64,000 bases of DNA, taken from positions 6,132-70,131 of the IMG/VR virus record IMGVR_UViG_3300037010_003043; one strand, 5' to 3'. A program made the position numbers and the translations under genes. Numbering within the stretch: the stretch's first letter is position 1; every line of letters begins with the position of its first letter. Source of the DNA: a virus. This document shows, piece by piece, positions 9,086 through 18,399 of the stretch. A model generated the notes under the pieces. That model worked only from the letters and a program-made list of their open reading frames with translations, was not told the origin of the DNA and searched no databases.

Positions 9086-10021
9086 TTAATTTTTATAAAT
9101 CATTTTTACTAAATATGTATCTTGTCTTTTTGCACCACGTATTATTTTTAAAATTTTAAATATTTCGTTTATTATATCTATATCAGTTGCTATAAAATTA
9201 ACATTTTTCAAATAATCTGGCTCTATTTGTGTTATAAAATCTAAATTTTTTTTATAAATTATATATTTAGGTTTCTTTTTAAAATTTAATAATAAAAACT
9301 GGAATAATATTTTTGTATTTATTTTTTCCTTTGAACTAAAAATATAAACTCCTGTACTTTTAGGAACTTCATATTGTTTTAATAATTCAAGTGCTTTATC
9401 TAAAGTAATAAAGCTTTTTTCAGTTTCTTTAATTATATAAAATGTTCCAGTTTTTTGATTATTAGTATTAATTTGTTTTAAAGAATATAACATTTGATGC
9501 AAGTAATGATTATAATAATATGCATCTATAATATTATGAAATCTAAAAATCTTCCAATTTTGAAAATTTGCTCTTTTAATTAAATTTTCAAGTTGGAAAG
9601 ACCATTTATACTTTTTTTCTGTATAACTATAATTATTGTCTTTTTTTAAAAATAAATTTAATGGATATGTATTAGAAATGAATATTATTTTTTTAGGTTT
9701 AGCTTTATTAAAATAAAATCTTAAATTTTTATATAATTCAAATGCTTTATCTTCACTTAGTAAAAATGTTTCTTGTGGAAAATAATCAAAATAATATATT
9801 AAATCAAATTTTATTTCAAGAACTTTTTTTAAAGAATCTAAAATATTACCATTTTTTGGAAAAAAAATTTTTTTATATTTTCTTCGATATTTTGATAAAT
9901 AAATTATATCATAACCATAAACTTCATAACTTTTATATAAAGTTTCTAATAATTTTATAGCAAATAAATTATTAATTCCAAGGATTAAAATTTTTTTTAT
10001 TTTTGGTAATTTTTTGTACAA
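9086..10021 (-). CDS. Degenerate NAD-dependent epimerase/dehydratase (extended SDR)-like protein
   Basis: KKILILG Rossmann strand, YEVYGYD, FDLIYYF, KKIIFISN, YxxxK, IFRFHNI; GxxGxxG glycines lost. Confidence 0.5.
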   Translation of the reverse strand: MYKKLPKIKKILILGINNLFAIKLLETLYKSYEVYGYDIIYLSKYRRKYKKIFFPKNGNILDSLKKVLEIKFDLIYYFDYFPQETFLLSEDKAFELYKNLRFYFNKAKPKKIIFISNTYPLNLFLKKDNNYSYTEKKYKWSFQLENLIKRANFQNWKIFRFHNIIDAYYYNHYLHQMLYSLKQINTNNQKTGTFYIIKETEKSFITLDKALELLKQYEVPKSTGVYIFSSKEKINTKILFQFLLLNFKKKPKYIIYKKNLDFITQIEPDYLKNVNFIATDIDIINEIFKILKIIRGAKRQDTYLVKMIYKN

Positions 10022-10023
10022 AT

Positions 10024-10650
10024 TTACACCTTAAACGCTTTTATACTTTTATCGTTTAATTCATTAACCGAATCTACATTAGATTGATCATCGTCATAAA
10101 AAAATATTGTTTTAAATCCATATTTTTCTTTAAAAATATTTTTTAAAATAAACGCCTTTTTTTCTTGATCTGAAATGTTTGATTTTCCAATTACTGTCTT
10201 TATAAATTTTTCAACTGATGAATCATTAACAGCAAAAACATATTTTTCATTAAATATATTTTTTGGTATTTCAACTAGTTCATCTTTTTCATTTCTATAC
10301 AATAATGTATTTTTAAGAGCTTTAAAAATCGCTTTTTGATTACCTCTTGCTGTAATTATACCTATTTTATAATTACTATTTATTGCATGATCCATTATTT
10401 TTAGTACTTTAATATTAGGTTGGCCATTAACTAAAGAAAAATAAATAGAATCATATTGTCTAAAATCACTAAAATCAAATTCAGTTTCTTTAGGTAATTC
10501 GTTTCTAATTTTTGAATATTCTTCTGTACTTACAAATTTAAATTTATCCATTTCAGGTGTTTTATAACCTACTTTTGAAGTAGAAAAAATTAAAGTATCA
10601 TCTATATCAAAAATATAAATTGTATTTGTATTTGCTTCATTTAAGTTCAC
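10024..10650 (-). CDS. HAD-superfamily phosphatase
   Basis: IYIFDIDDTL (motif I), ITAR (II), K (III), FYDDD..N (IV). Confidence 0.8.
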   Translation of the reverse strand: MNLNEANTNTIYIFDIDDTLIFSTSKVGYKTPEMDKFKFVSTEEYSKIRNELPKETEFDFSDFRQYDSIYFSLVNGQPNIKVLKIMDHAINSNYKIGIITARGNQKAIFKALKNTLLYRNEKDELVEIPKNIFNEKYVFAVNDSSVEKFIKTVIGKSNISDQEKKAFILKNIFKEKYGFKTIFFYDDDQSNVDSVNELNDKSIKAFKV

Positions 10651-12209
10651 AATTTAACTTTTATTTTTTTTATATTATAATTTTCATTTTTATATATTTG
10701 TATACGCTCCTTTGAATGTTTATAAATATAATTTTCAAAATTATTTATTCTAAAATCATCTACAAAATCATATATATTTACTATTTTTTTAATTTCATCC
10801 AAACGCATACCTCTGCCAATAGTTTGTTTTATAATAATCTCAGATTTAAAACTTTCTAATAAATAAATATTTTCTATATTTGATATATCAATACCAGTAG
10901 ACATCGTTCCAAAACTTGCTATTATTATATAATTTCCATTTTCATTATTTATAGCTTCGTTTCTATATTCTCCTCTTAAATTTTTATTTACAGAGCCATC
11001 TATATAAAATAAATTAGTATTCTCTGAAATTAAATCTTTCATTTTTTCGTAAATATTTTTACCATATTCATCTTTTACATTATGAAATAAAACCAACGAA
11101 TTTTTTGTAGTTTTAGAAATTACGTTTATTATATAATTTAAGCGTTTTTTATTTTCAATTATTAATTTTTTTTCTAAATTTAATAACTGCGAACCTTCAA
11201 TACCATTTTTATATTTTTTTAAATGTGCTAATTTTTCTCTTATTTCATTTTCTAAATAATCTAATTCTATAACTATTACATTTACAGGTGTTGCATATTT
11301 ATTATTAAATAAAAATTCTGCACTTATTTTATTAACCATTGGTCCTAAAGAAGCTTGAAGAGTAAAAGAATCAGCTGTTTCATCTGCTTTTAAAGTTCCC
11401 GATAAACCAAATCTATATTCTGCGTTAACACATTTTTTTAAAACTTTTTGTACTGAATTTGAATTTGTATAATGTGCTTCATCGACACATAATAACTTTA
11501 CAGTCTCAAAATAATCATCTGTTAAATTTCTAAGTGTATGAAATGTACCTATTATAACATTTGAATTTTTTTTAATTTTTGGAGCAGATCCACCAAACAT
11601 TTGAATTGTTAATTTTAATGGTTCGTTCAGTAATTCATTATATTCTATAAATTTTTCGTATGTTTGAACTACTAAATCTACATTAGGGACTATTACTAAA
11701 AATTGTTCTTTTAAAAAAATATCTTTTATTTGTATTTCTTTAAAAAAATTATTTTTATATAAATATATAAAAATTATAAAAATTATTAATGTTTTACCTG
11801 CTGAAGTTGCAATTTCAGATATTGATCTTTTGTACTTTAAAATAGAAAACGCTGCATCAATCTGATAATCTCTTGGATATATTTTTTCTTTATTAAAATT
11901 TTCTTCTATAAATTTATAAAAATCATTTTTATTTATATTTAAATTTATTAAATATTCTTTATTTATAATTTCTAAATTATATGAATATTTATTACAAACA
12001 TTTTTTAATTCACCCCAAAGTCCAGTTGATAAAGTTAAATTTTTATTTAAAAAACTAATTTCTCCATTCCATAATTTTTTCTTAACCAACGGATTAAATC
12101 TCCAATTCTTAATTTTTCTTGTAAAATATAACTTTAACTGTTCTAATTCTTCGTTAGAACAGTCAACTATTTGCATTTGTCTTTTATCTTCTAAAATTTT
12201 TACTTTCAT
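10647..12209 (-). CDS. uvsW: UvsW-like SF2 DNA helicase
   Basis: PRDYQ, ATSAGKT, DEAH, FGLSGT, STGIDI, QTIGRGMR; N-terminal W-x-G-x-I as in T4 UvsW. Confidence 0.92.
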   Translation of the reverse strand: MKVKILEDKRQMQIVDCSNEELEQLKLYFTRKIKNWRFNPLVKKKLWNGEISFLNKNLTLSTGLWGELKNVCNKYSYNLEIINKEYLINLNINKNDFYKFIEENFNKEKIYPRDYQIDAAFSILKYKRSISEIATSAGKTLIIFIIFIYLYKNNFFKEIQIKDIFLKEQFLVIVPNVDLVVQTYEKFIEYNELLNEPLKLTIQMFGGSAPKIKKNSNVIIGTFHTLRNLTDDYFETVKLLCVDEAHYTNSNSVQKVLKKCVNAEYRFGLSGTLKADETADSFTLQASLGPMVNKISAEFLFNNKYATPVNVIVIELDYLENEIREKLAHLKKYKNGIEGSQLLNLEKKLIIENKKRLNYIINVISKTTKNSLVLFHNVKDEYGKNIYEKMKDLISENTNLFYIDGSVNKNLRGEYRNEAINNENGNYIIIASFGTMSTGIDISNIENIYLLESFKSEIIIKQTIGRGMRLDEIKKIVNIYDFVDDFRINNFENYIYKHSKERIQIYKNENYNIKKIKVKL

Positions 12210-12661
12210 TCCAATAACTTTTTAATTTCTATATAATTTTTTATTCCCCACAATATATCTTTTAAATTTTTGATTATATTATCCATATAATCTATTTGTA
12301 GCAACAAAACTTCTTCTCTTTCTAAAATATCTTTTAAATTATTTTCTATTATATATGTTTGATCATCTTTTGTTTTTACCTTTAAATCTAAATTTGTTTT
12401 AAGTTCAATTAAATTTTCATATTTTTTTTGTCTAAGTATTTTATTTATATTGACTAAATGATTTGAAATAGTAGCTTTATCATTTAACGCATTCGTTATT
12501 TCATTGTAAATTTCAATTTGCAAATCAGTAAATTTTTCATAATTTTTTAACATATCTGTTAATTTAAAAATCTTGTCAGTCCATTTAGATTTTTCCCGTA
12601 AAAAAACTTTTACCATTTCTGTTGTTTTTTCAGAAAATTGTTTTTCTATTTTTTCTTCCAC
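12206..12661 (-). CDS. uvsY: UvsY-like recombination mediator
   Basis: Helical 151 aa ending IIKNLKDILWGIKNYIE; adjacent to uvsW as in T4-like phages. Confidence 0.6.
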   Translation of the reverse strand: MEEKIEKQFSEKTTEMVKVFLREKSKWTDKIFKLTDMLKNYEKFTDLQIEIYNEITNALNDKATISNHLVNINKILRQKKYENLIELKTNLDLKVKTKDDQTYIIENNLKDILEREEVLLLQIDYMDNIIKNLKDILWGIKNYIEIKKLLE

Positions 12662-12776
12662 GTTTAACTTCCTTTATTGTAGTTTTAGATTTTTTTATTT
12701 CATCTACTTTAAGTTCTATATCTTTAAGTTCAATCTCATTACTTTTAATATCAAATTTTATTTTCAATTTTTTCAT
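12630..12776 (-). CDS. Small basic protein (48 aa) absent from the ORF track
   Basis: MKKLKIKFDIKSNEIELKDIELKVDEIKKSKTTIKEVKRGRKNRKTIF; ATGA overlap with the primase stop; fills the gap. Confidence 0.5.
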   Translation of the reverse strand: MKKLKIKFDIKSNEIELKDIELKVDEIKKSKTTIKEVKRGRKNRKTIF

Positions 12777-13804
12777 AGATAAATTAAATCTATTTTTTTA
12801 GAAGAAAAATATTTATCAAATTCAATTTTTTTGTACATTTCGTCAGGTAACTTTATAATCAATTCGTTTAAATCTTTAATTTTTTCATTTATATTTAAAT
12901 CTTTTAATAATTTTTTCCAAAGAAAAACCTCTTCTCCATTTGACAGTAATTCAATTGATTTTTTCAAACCTACTGTATCGTTATCTAAAAAATATCGTTT
13001 ATTTTCAATATCTATTGGTAAAATTTTATTAACTCCACTTATTGCAATCGAATTATTTATAAAAATAGAATCAAATGCACCTTCAAATATTGTTATTTTT
13101 TTATTAAAATCTATATTAAATATGTTAAAAATTGTTGATATATTATTTAAAAATTCAAAATCACTATCTATTTCTATTTTAAGATCTTCTTTAATTTTAG
13201 AAAATTTATAAATATAATATTTTTTAAATTTACCTGTTGTTCTTTTTGAAAAACCTAAAACTTTATCGTTTACTAAATTTAATATAACAATACTTTTTGT
13301 AAATTCATCAAACACAAAATTTTCATATTGAAATATTTTTCTTTTATTTAAATAAGTTTTAAAATTAGTCGTCTCAATATCTTTAAAATTATAAAAATTT
13401 TTTATATCATTTTTTGATGGTAAATTTTTAGATAAAAAATCAAAATCTATTAAATTATATTTAACTTTCTTTTTTTCAAACTTATTTATAGATTCATATT
13501 CAAAAAATTCATTTTCATTTATAGAATTAAAATCTAAAAATAAATTTTTTATATTTTTATAAATACCGCAATTAAAACATTTATATTTTAAAGAATCTAA
13601 ATATAAATTTCCTCTTTTTTTCTTTTCATCATTAGACGAATCACCACAATACGGACAAGCAAAACTTATTCTATCATCATATATTACAATTCTTGTTTTT
13701 TCTCCTTGAAACCTTTTATTTAATATATTTTGTACTTTATCTAATAATTTAGAAAAAGAAGGGGCCGAAGCCCCTTTAAAATCAATTAAATCTATTTTAC
13801 TCAT
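12773..13804 (-). CDS. gp61: T4 gp61-like DNA primase
   Basis: CPYCGDS...CFNCG zinc ribbon, TOPRIM FEGAFDS, DND, KDLN; likely start MSKID at 13804 overlapping the SSB end. Confidence 0.9.
   Translation of the reverse strand: MSKIDLIDFKGASAPSFSKLLDKVQNILNKRFQGEKTRIVIYDDRISFACPYCGDSSNDEKKKRGNLYLDSLKYKCFNCGIYKNIKNLFLDFNSINENEFFEYESINKFEKKKVKYNLIDFDFLSKNLPSKNDIKNFYNFKDIETTNFKTYLNKRKIFQYENFVFDEFTKSIVILNLVNDKVLGFSKRTTGKFKKYYIYKFSKIKEDLKIEIDSDFEFLNNISTIFNIFNIDFNKKITIFEGAFDSIFINNSIAISGVNKILPIDIENKRYFLDNDTVGLKKSIELLSNGEEVFLWKKLLKDLNINEKIKDLNELIIKLPDEMYKKIEFDKYFSSKKIDLIYL
13752..13776 (-). terminator. Intrinsic terminator-like hairpin with C(UUCG)G loop
   Basis: mRNA AAGGGGC-UUCG-GCCCCUU-CUUUUUCU, about 20 nt after the SSB stop. 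Confidence 0.8.
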
Positions 13805-14825
13805 TTTCATCTTCGTTAAACAAATCATCTAAATCATCTAAGTCATCTAAGTCATCTAAATCTTCGTCTATTATTTTTTGTTTATTTTCAACGTCTTCTT
13901 TTTCTTTATTATTATCAAACTTTATATCTTCAAAATCGTCATCATAATTGTCAGGAACAAGTTCATTTTTTTTACCTTTTGATTTAACGTTTACTTTGTC
14001 TATAATTTCAGATTCGTTTAAAGTTTCTTTTGATTTTTTTAGAATTTCATTTATTAAATTTTGTGATGGAATATTTGCTTTAATATATTCAACGACTTTT
14101 TTTCTTGTTTCAGAATCCCATTCTTGATATTGATATGCATCTAAATCTGGTGAATTTTCTTTTAACCAATTTGCCAATTTAAGCATATCGTTTTTTTCTT
14201 TTTTTATTATTTTACCATTAATTTCAAATTGATGTGATTTGTTTAAAAATTTAGATAACTTATAATTTGGAAAATTTCTACCATCTACATTAACTTCATT
14301 AACAACCAATTTAAATATTTTATTATTCATAATATCTAAAAAATTAATAGGCTCATCTGTATCTTGAGCTGCTCCTTCTAAAATATCAAATAACTGTTGT
14401 CCAAATTTGAAAATTTTTATTTTACCTTCCATTTCTGGTTGATGTTGATCTTGAACAATATAAATTAACGCATAAATATCACGTTTTCTTTTAAAAAGAT
14501 TTTGTAATTTTCTTTCGTTAGCATTTTGTGAATTTCTACAAGCAAAAAACGCATCTTGTAATAACGAATGTTTTTTAACCGTCGAAGGACAATCTACACT
14601 CATTTTTTTATTATTTTTTATATCATCGATCCATACCGTCCATTTATCTACAATATGTAAAGAAGGATTTTTTGCATTAGGTAAAAATATAATTTGACTT
14701 GTATAAACTTTATCCACTCCTTTATCGGGCGTAGGTTTATAAAAAACGGTATCTTCAAATATTTCTTTTTTAGTAAAAAGATCACTTGCGTTTGTACTAA
14801 ATATTTTATTTAATTCATCATCCAT
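13797..14825 (-). CDS. gp32: T4 gp32-like single-stranded DNA-binding protein
   Basis: FLP, DCPST, RKR..YALI.I..D...PE.EGK..IFKFG, FKL, NY..SKF; acidic tail DLDDLDDLDDLDDLF; AAGGAG RBS. Confidence 0.88.
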   Translation of the reverse strand: MDDELNKIFSTNASDLFTKKEIFEDTVFYKPTPDKGVDKVYTSQIIFLPNAKNPSLHIVDKWTVWIDDIKNNKKMSVDCPSTVKKHSLLQDAFFACRNSQNANERKLQNLFKRKRDIYALIYIVQDQHQPEMEGKIKIFKFGQQLFDILEGAAQDTDEPINFLDIMNNKIFKLVVNEVNVDGRNFPNYKLSKFLNKSHQFEINGKIIKKEKNDMLKLANWLKENSPDLDAYQYQEWDSETRKKVVEYIKANIPSQNLINEILKKSKETLNESEIIDKVNVKSKGKKNELVPDNYDDDFEDIKFDNNKEKEDVENKQKIIDEDLDDLDDLDDLDDLFNEDENE

Positions 14826-14838
14826 AAAAACTCCTTTT

Positions 14839-14962
14839 AATTTAGTTTAAAATTTAGTTTATCTTATTTTTTGTTTAAATTTAGTTTATCTTATTTTTTA
14901 TTTAAATTTAGTTTAAAATTTAGTTTATCTTATTTTTTGTTTAAATTTAATTTAAAATTTAA
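14839..14962 (-). repeat. Three 27-bp direct repeats plus partial 12-bp units in the SSB leader
   Basis: aatttagtttatcttatttttt(g/a)ttta at 14851, 14878 and 14917, interleaved with aatttagtttaa. Confidence 0.85.
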
Positions 14963-15544
14963 GTATGTTTGTAATACCCAAAAACTATCAACTATATCAT
15001 CTAAAGGTTTGATCAATTTATTCGATTGATAATTTATATAAATTTCCTTTAAAATGTTTAAATTTTTATAATTATTTTCATTTTTTATAAAACTTTCAAC
15101 CATTTGTAATTTATTAAAATTTCCTTTACCTGCTATTTTTTTTATAGTAGCTGGAGAAAAAAGTTTAAATGTTATATTATTTTTTAACAATAAATATCTA
15201 AAAATATATTGGTATCCATATACATCACTTAAAGATCTACCAGTTGAATTAAACGAAAATCCTTCTATTGCTATTTCCTTAATTTCATTTTCATTTATAA
15301 TTTTTATTATTTTTTTTGCAATATTTTCAGCATCTAAAATTTTTAATTCATTAATGTTTTCTACTTTATCAATTATTTCATAAGTAAACATTCCAGTATC
15401 AACTAATTTTTCTAAAATTAATTTTTCTTTTTTTGTAAATTTTTTATCTCTAATTATAGAATAGAATTTTATACTATTTTCCTTTAAAACACAAAATGTG
15501 GAATAATTTATACTATAATCTAAAGCTAAAAAAGTTATTAACAT
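14930..15544 (-). CDS. RuvC-like (RNase H fold) resolvase/endonuclease
   Basis: ALDYS, IAIEGFSF, SPATIKK..GKGN..K..M, DDIVDSF. Confidence 0.8.
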   Translation of the reverse strand: MLITFLALDYSINYSTFCVLKENSIKFYSIIRDKKFTKKEKLILEKLVDTGMFTYEIIDKVENINELKILDAENIAKKIIKIINENEIKEIAIEGFSFNSTGRSLSDVYGYQYIFRYLLLKNNITFKLFSPATIKKIAGKGNFNKLQMVESFIKNENNYKNLNILKEIYINYQSNKLIKPLDDIVDSFWVLQTYLNFKLNLNKK

Positions 15545-15700
15545 TTTTAAACAATTCCGAAAACCGTGATAAAAAATATTATGATGTTTTAATATTGTGT
15601 GTGTAACACATCTATTAATTTATTAAATTAAAAAATAAATAAATAAAATAGAATTAACTTTATTCTAATCTTTTAATGGCTTAAAGTTCTCTCTAAATAT

Positions 15701-15762
15701 TTTAAGAAATTCTAAAAAATTCTAAAAGATTCTAAGAAATTCTAAAAGATTCTAAGAAATTC
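15701..15762. repeat. Six non-coding 10-bp tandem repeats
   Basis: tttaagaaat/tctaaaaaat/tctaaaagat/tctaagaaat/tctaaaagat/tctaagaaat; all minus-strand frames closed. Confidence 0.85.
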
Positions 15763-15779
15763 CATGCCAACTTTTTGAA

Positions 15780-16355
15780 CTAAACTTTTATTTTTCCAAA
15801 GTTATCATATTCTCGAATAGTTTTTACAACATCTGCTTTAAATGAAGCTGTAAAGGTTCTAAATTCTGGAACATTTGAAGCATAAGATAATTCTAATTCA
15901 CTTAATCCAAAGAAAACAATATAATCATACTGAAATGTAACTAATAAATATCCATATCTATCTAATAACATTAAATGAAAACTAGGTAAATGTGAAATAC
16001 TTTCTTTATTTTTGTTCATTTTCCAATAATATTCCAATAAATCATACATAACAAAATAATTAATATAACTTTCTGTTGTTTTAAATGTTACAATTAATTC
16101 TTTAGAAGTATACATTTGCAAATTCCAACCACCTGGAAAATATTTAACCCCATGATCATTAAATTGTTCTACAACTTCAGTTGAAATAGATGGCCAAGAA
16201 ACAGATTGAACTGTAAAATTCATATAATCTACTAAATTATTATATGGCATTTTAAGTCTTTTTATAAAAGGATCGTATTTATCAATTATTTCCTTTGTAA
16301 AAAAATTAGGTGGAAATTTAAAAATAAAATCATTGTATTTACTATTTAGTATCAT
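15780..16355 (-). CDS. Tail tube/terminator-fold protein (gp3/gp19-like)
   Basis: VQSVSWPSI, L.VTF...E.Y.NY, LSELELSY, FTASF pattern; last gene of the structural operon. Confidence 0.55.
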   Translation of the reverse strand: MILNSKYNDFIFKFPPNFFTKEIIDKYDPFIKRLKMPYNNLVDYMNFTVQSVSWPSISTEVVEQFNDHGVKYFPGGWNLQMYTSKELIVTFKTTESYINYFVMYDLLEYYWKMNKNKESISHLPSFHLMLLDRYGYLLVTFQYDYIVFFGLSELELSYASNVPEFRTFTASFKADVVKTIREYDNFGKIKV

Positions 16356-18397
16356 AAATTAATTTTTTTAATAGCTTCTAAAAGATCATTTATTTTTTGT
16401 TTTTCAACCTCTGTTTTAGCATAAGATTTTAAAGTTTCAATTAAAGACTTGTTATCATCTAATAATGCATCCAAATTATTTTTAGTCTTTAAAATTTCAT
16501 TATAATAATTTTGAAGAACTTCATATTTTGAATTATAATTTTTATCTGAAAAATTATTTATTTTGTCATATTTACCTTTATAAATCATATTTGTATGTTC
16601 TACAAAAGAAGTATAATTATTTGTATTAATAAATTCCTCACTTATAGTAAAATCTCCACCAAACATTTTAATAATTTTATTAGAATTTATAGCATCAACT
16701 TTAAAAAATAATTGATTATAATCTAAAGGTATATTATACGAATTATCTTTAGTATTATATATTTTTACAAAAGAACCATCATTTAATACAAAATTAATAA
16801 AATATTTAGCATTATTTGTATCTAAAACTAATTTTGTATTACCATTATTAGTATCATTTTTAAAAAATGAAAATAATAAAAAATTATCATATTCATTTAA
16901 ATAAATAGTCAATTCGTTCTGTCCAAAATAAGAATCAGTTTTCCAAACATCTTGAAAATTATAAGTTTTTATAGATTTTCCATTTATTATAGAATTTTCA
17001 CTTGAACTTATTATTTTAGAATTTACATTTAAAACAATATTGTTTTGATCTATAAAAATATTTGCAGAAGAATTATTTAAATTATTTGTAGCAAATGGAA
17101 GTGAAATATTTTCAGCATAAAAATTATTAACTTGAGTATCATATAAAATTTTATTTACAATTTTAATAGGTTCTAATGTTAAATCTGTATTTAATTTTAC
17201 AAGTTTTCTACCATATTTTTTAGCATCAAAATATGTTAAAGAAGCTTTTCTAACAATCTGAGTATTTGTAACATCGTTTACTAAACGAACTGTATAATCA
17301 ATTGTAAATGTTAATGTGTTTTTACCTTTAATTATCGGTCTAAAAGCAAAAGGCTCAAAAAAATCTTCAGTCTGAACATGAGTAGTTCTATAAGTTGAAT
17401 TTTCATTATAATTACCATCTATAAAAGATTGCTCAAAAATTTCAACTTCATTAATAACGATATAACTTATACCTTTTAACTTTTGTTGTTCTATAAAAGA
17501 ATCCAAATAAGTATCATTATAAGTAGGAAACAACTCAAAATAATCACCATAATTTGATTCTTGAACAATTGCACCTATACTGGAAAATTCATCTATTGGA
17601 TCTAAATTAACTAATATCGAAGTTTGATCTTCTTGAAACAATTGAGTGGGTGCTGTAATATAATAACTACCAAAACTATCTGTTAATAAATCTTGAGCCT
17701 CTATATATAAAAACGAAATACTTGAATTTTCCCATAAAAATGATTTTGTGCCATTAACTAAATATTGCTTTTTAGCTTGATCACTACCATCACCATAAGT
17801 TGCAAAATAATCAGCAATTGAATTTAATCCATCAGTTTGTAAAAAATTTAAACTTGGAATTTTAAATTCGATATAACGATCATATAATCTTTCGCCTAAA
17901 AGAAGAGGACGATAAGAATATTGAATATAATCACTATCTTTTAAAAATGCAATATTTGCAGAATAAATAAAATTTCCATTTATATCACGGTATCCAACTT
18001 TTGTAATAAATCCAGCTAAATTTGGAAAATTCCAACCCGATAACAAATGTATTTTAATATTATCGTAAACGACATTTATATTAGAAGAAATTTCACCTTC
18101 AGAACTTGTAACTGTAAAATGAGGATAGTTTTTTGCAAAATGAAATAATTTATCTCTATCTAATAATAACCAAGTTGAATCAGTAATTTGAACTATAGAA
18201 TTATCTATTATATTCGAAGTTTTTAATTTTGGAATATTATTATCTTTTGCATTATAATTTGTATAACAAATAGAATTATAATACATATTGTCTATCTTTG
18301 CAAATGCAGCATCAGAAGTATTAATAATATCTTTGTTATATTGATATTCTAATAAAGCATATTTATTTAATTGTATAAATTTTGAACTTGTTCTCAT
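16352..18397 (-). CDS. Putative virion structural protein
   Basis: 681 aa, beta-rich, within the tail operon. Confidence 0.45.
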   Translation of the reverse strand: MRTSSKFIQLNKYALLEYQYNKDIINTSDAAFAKIDNMYYNSICYTNYNAKDNNIPKLKTSNIIDNSIVQITDSTWLLLDRDKLFHFAKNYPHFTVTSSEGEISSNINVVYDNIKIHLLSGWNFPNLAGFITKVGYRDINGNFIYSANIAFLKDSDYIQYSYRPLLLGERLYDRYIEFKIPSLNFLQTDGLNSIADYFATYGDGSDQAKKQYLVNGTKSFLWENSSISFLYIEAQDLLTDSFGSYYITAPTQLFQEDQTSILVNLDPIDEFSSIGAIVQESNYGDYFELFPTYNDTYLDSFIEQQKLKGISYIVINEVEIFEQSFIDGNYNENSTYRTTHVQTEDFFEPFAFRPIIKGKNTLTFTIDYTVRLVNDVTNTQIVRKASLTYFDAKKYGRKLVKLNTDLTLEPIKIVNKILYDTQVNNFYAENISLPFATNNLNNSSANIFIDQNNIVLNVNSKIISSSENSIINGKSIKTYNFQDVWKTDSYFGQNELTIYLNEYDNFLLFSFFKNDTNNGNTKLVLDTNNAKYFINFVLNDGSFVKIYNTKDNSYNIPLDYNQLFFKVDAINSNKIIKMFGGDFTISEEFINTNNYTSFVEHTNMIYKGKYDKINNFSDKNYNSKYEVLQNYYNEILKTKNNLDALLDDNKSLIETLKSYAKTEVEKQKINDLLEAIKKINL

Positions 18398-18399
18398 TT

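Noticed and set aside
14839-15762. Mini-CRISPR arrays at the two intergenic repeat clusters
   Set aside because: Repeats abut each other without spacers; no cas genes in the window
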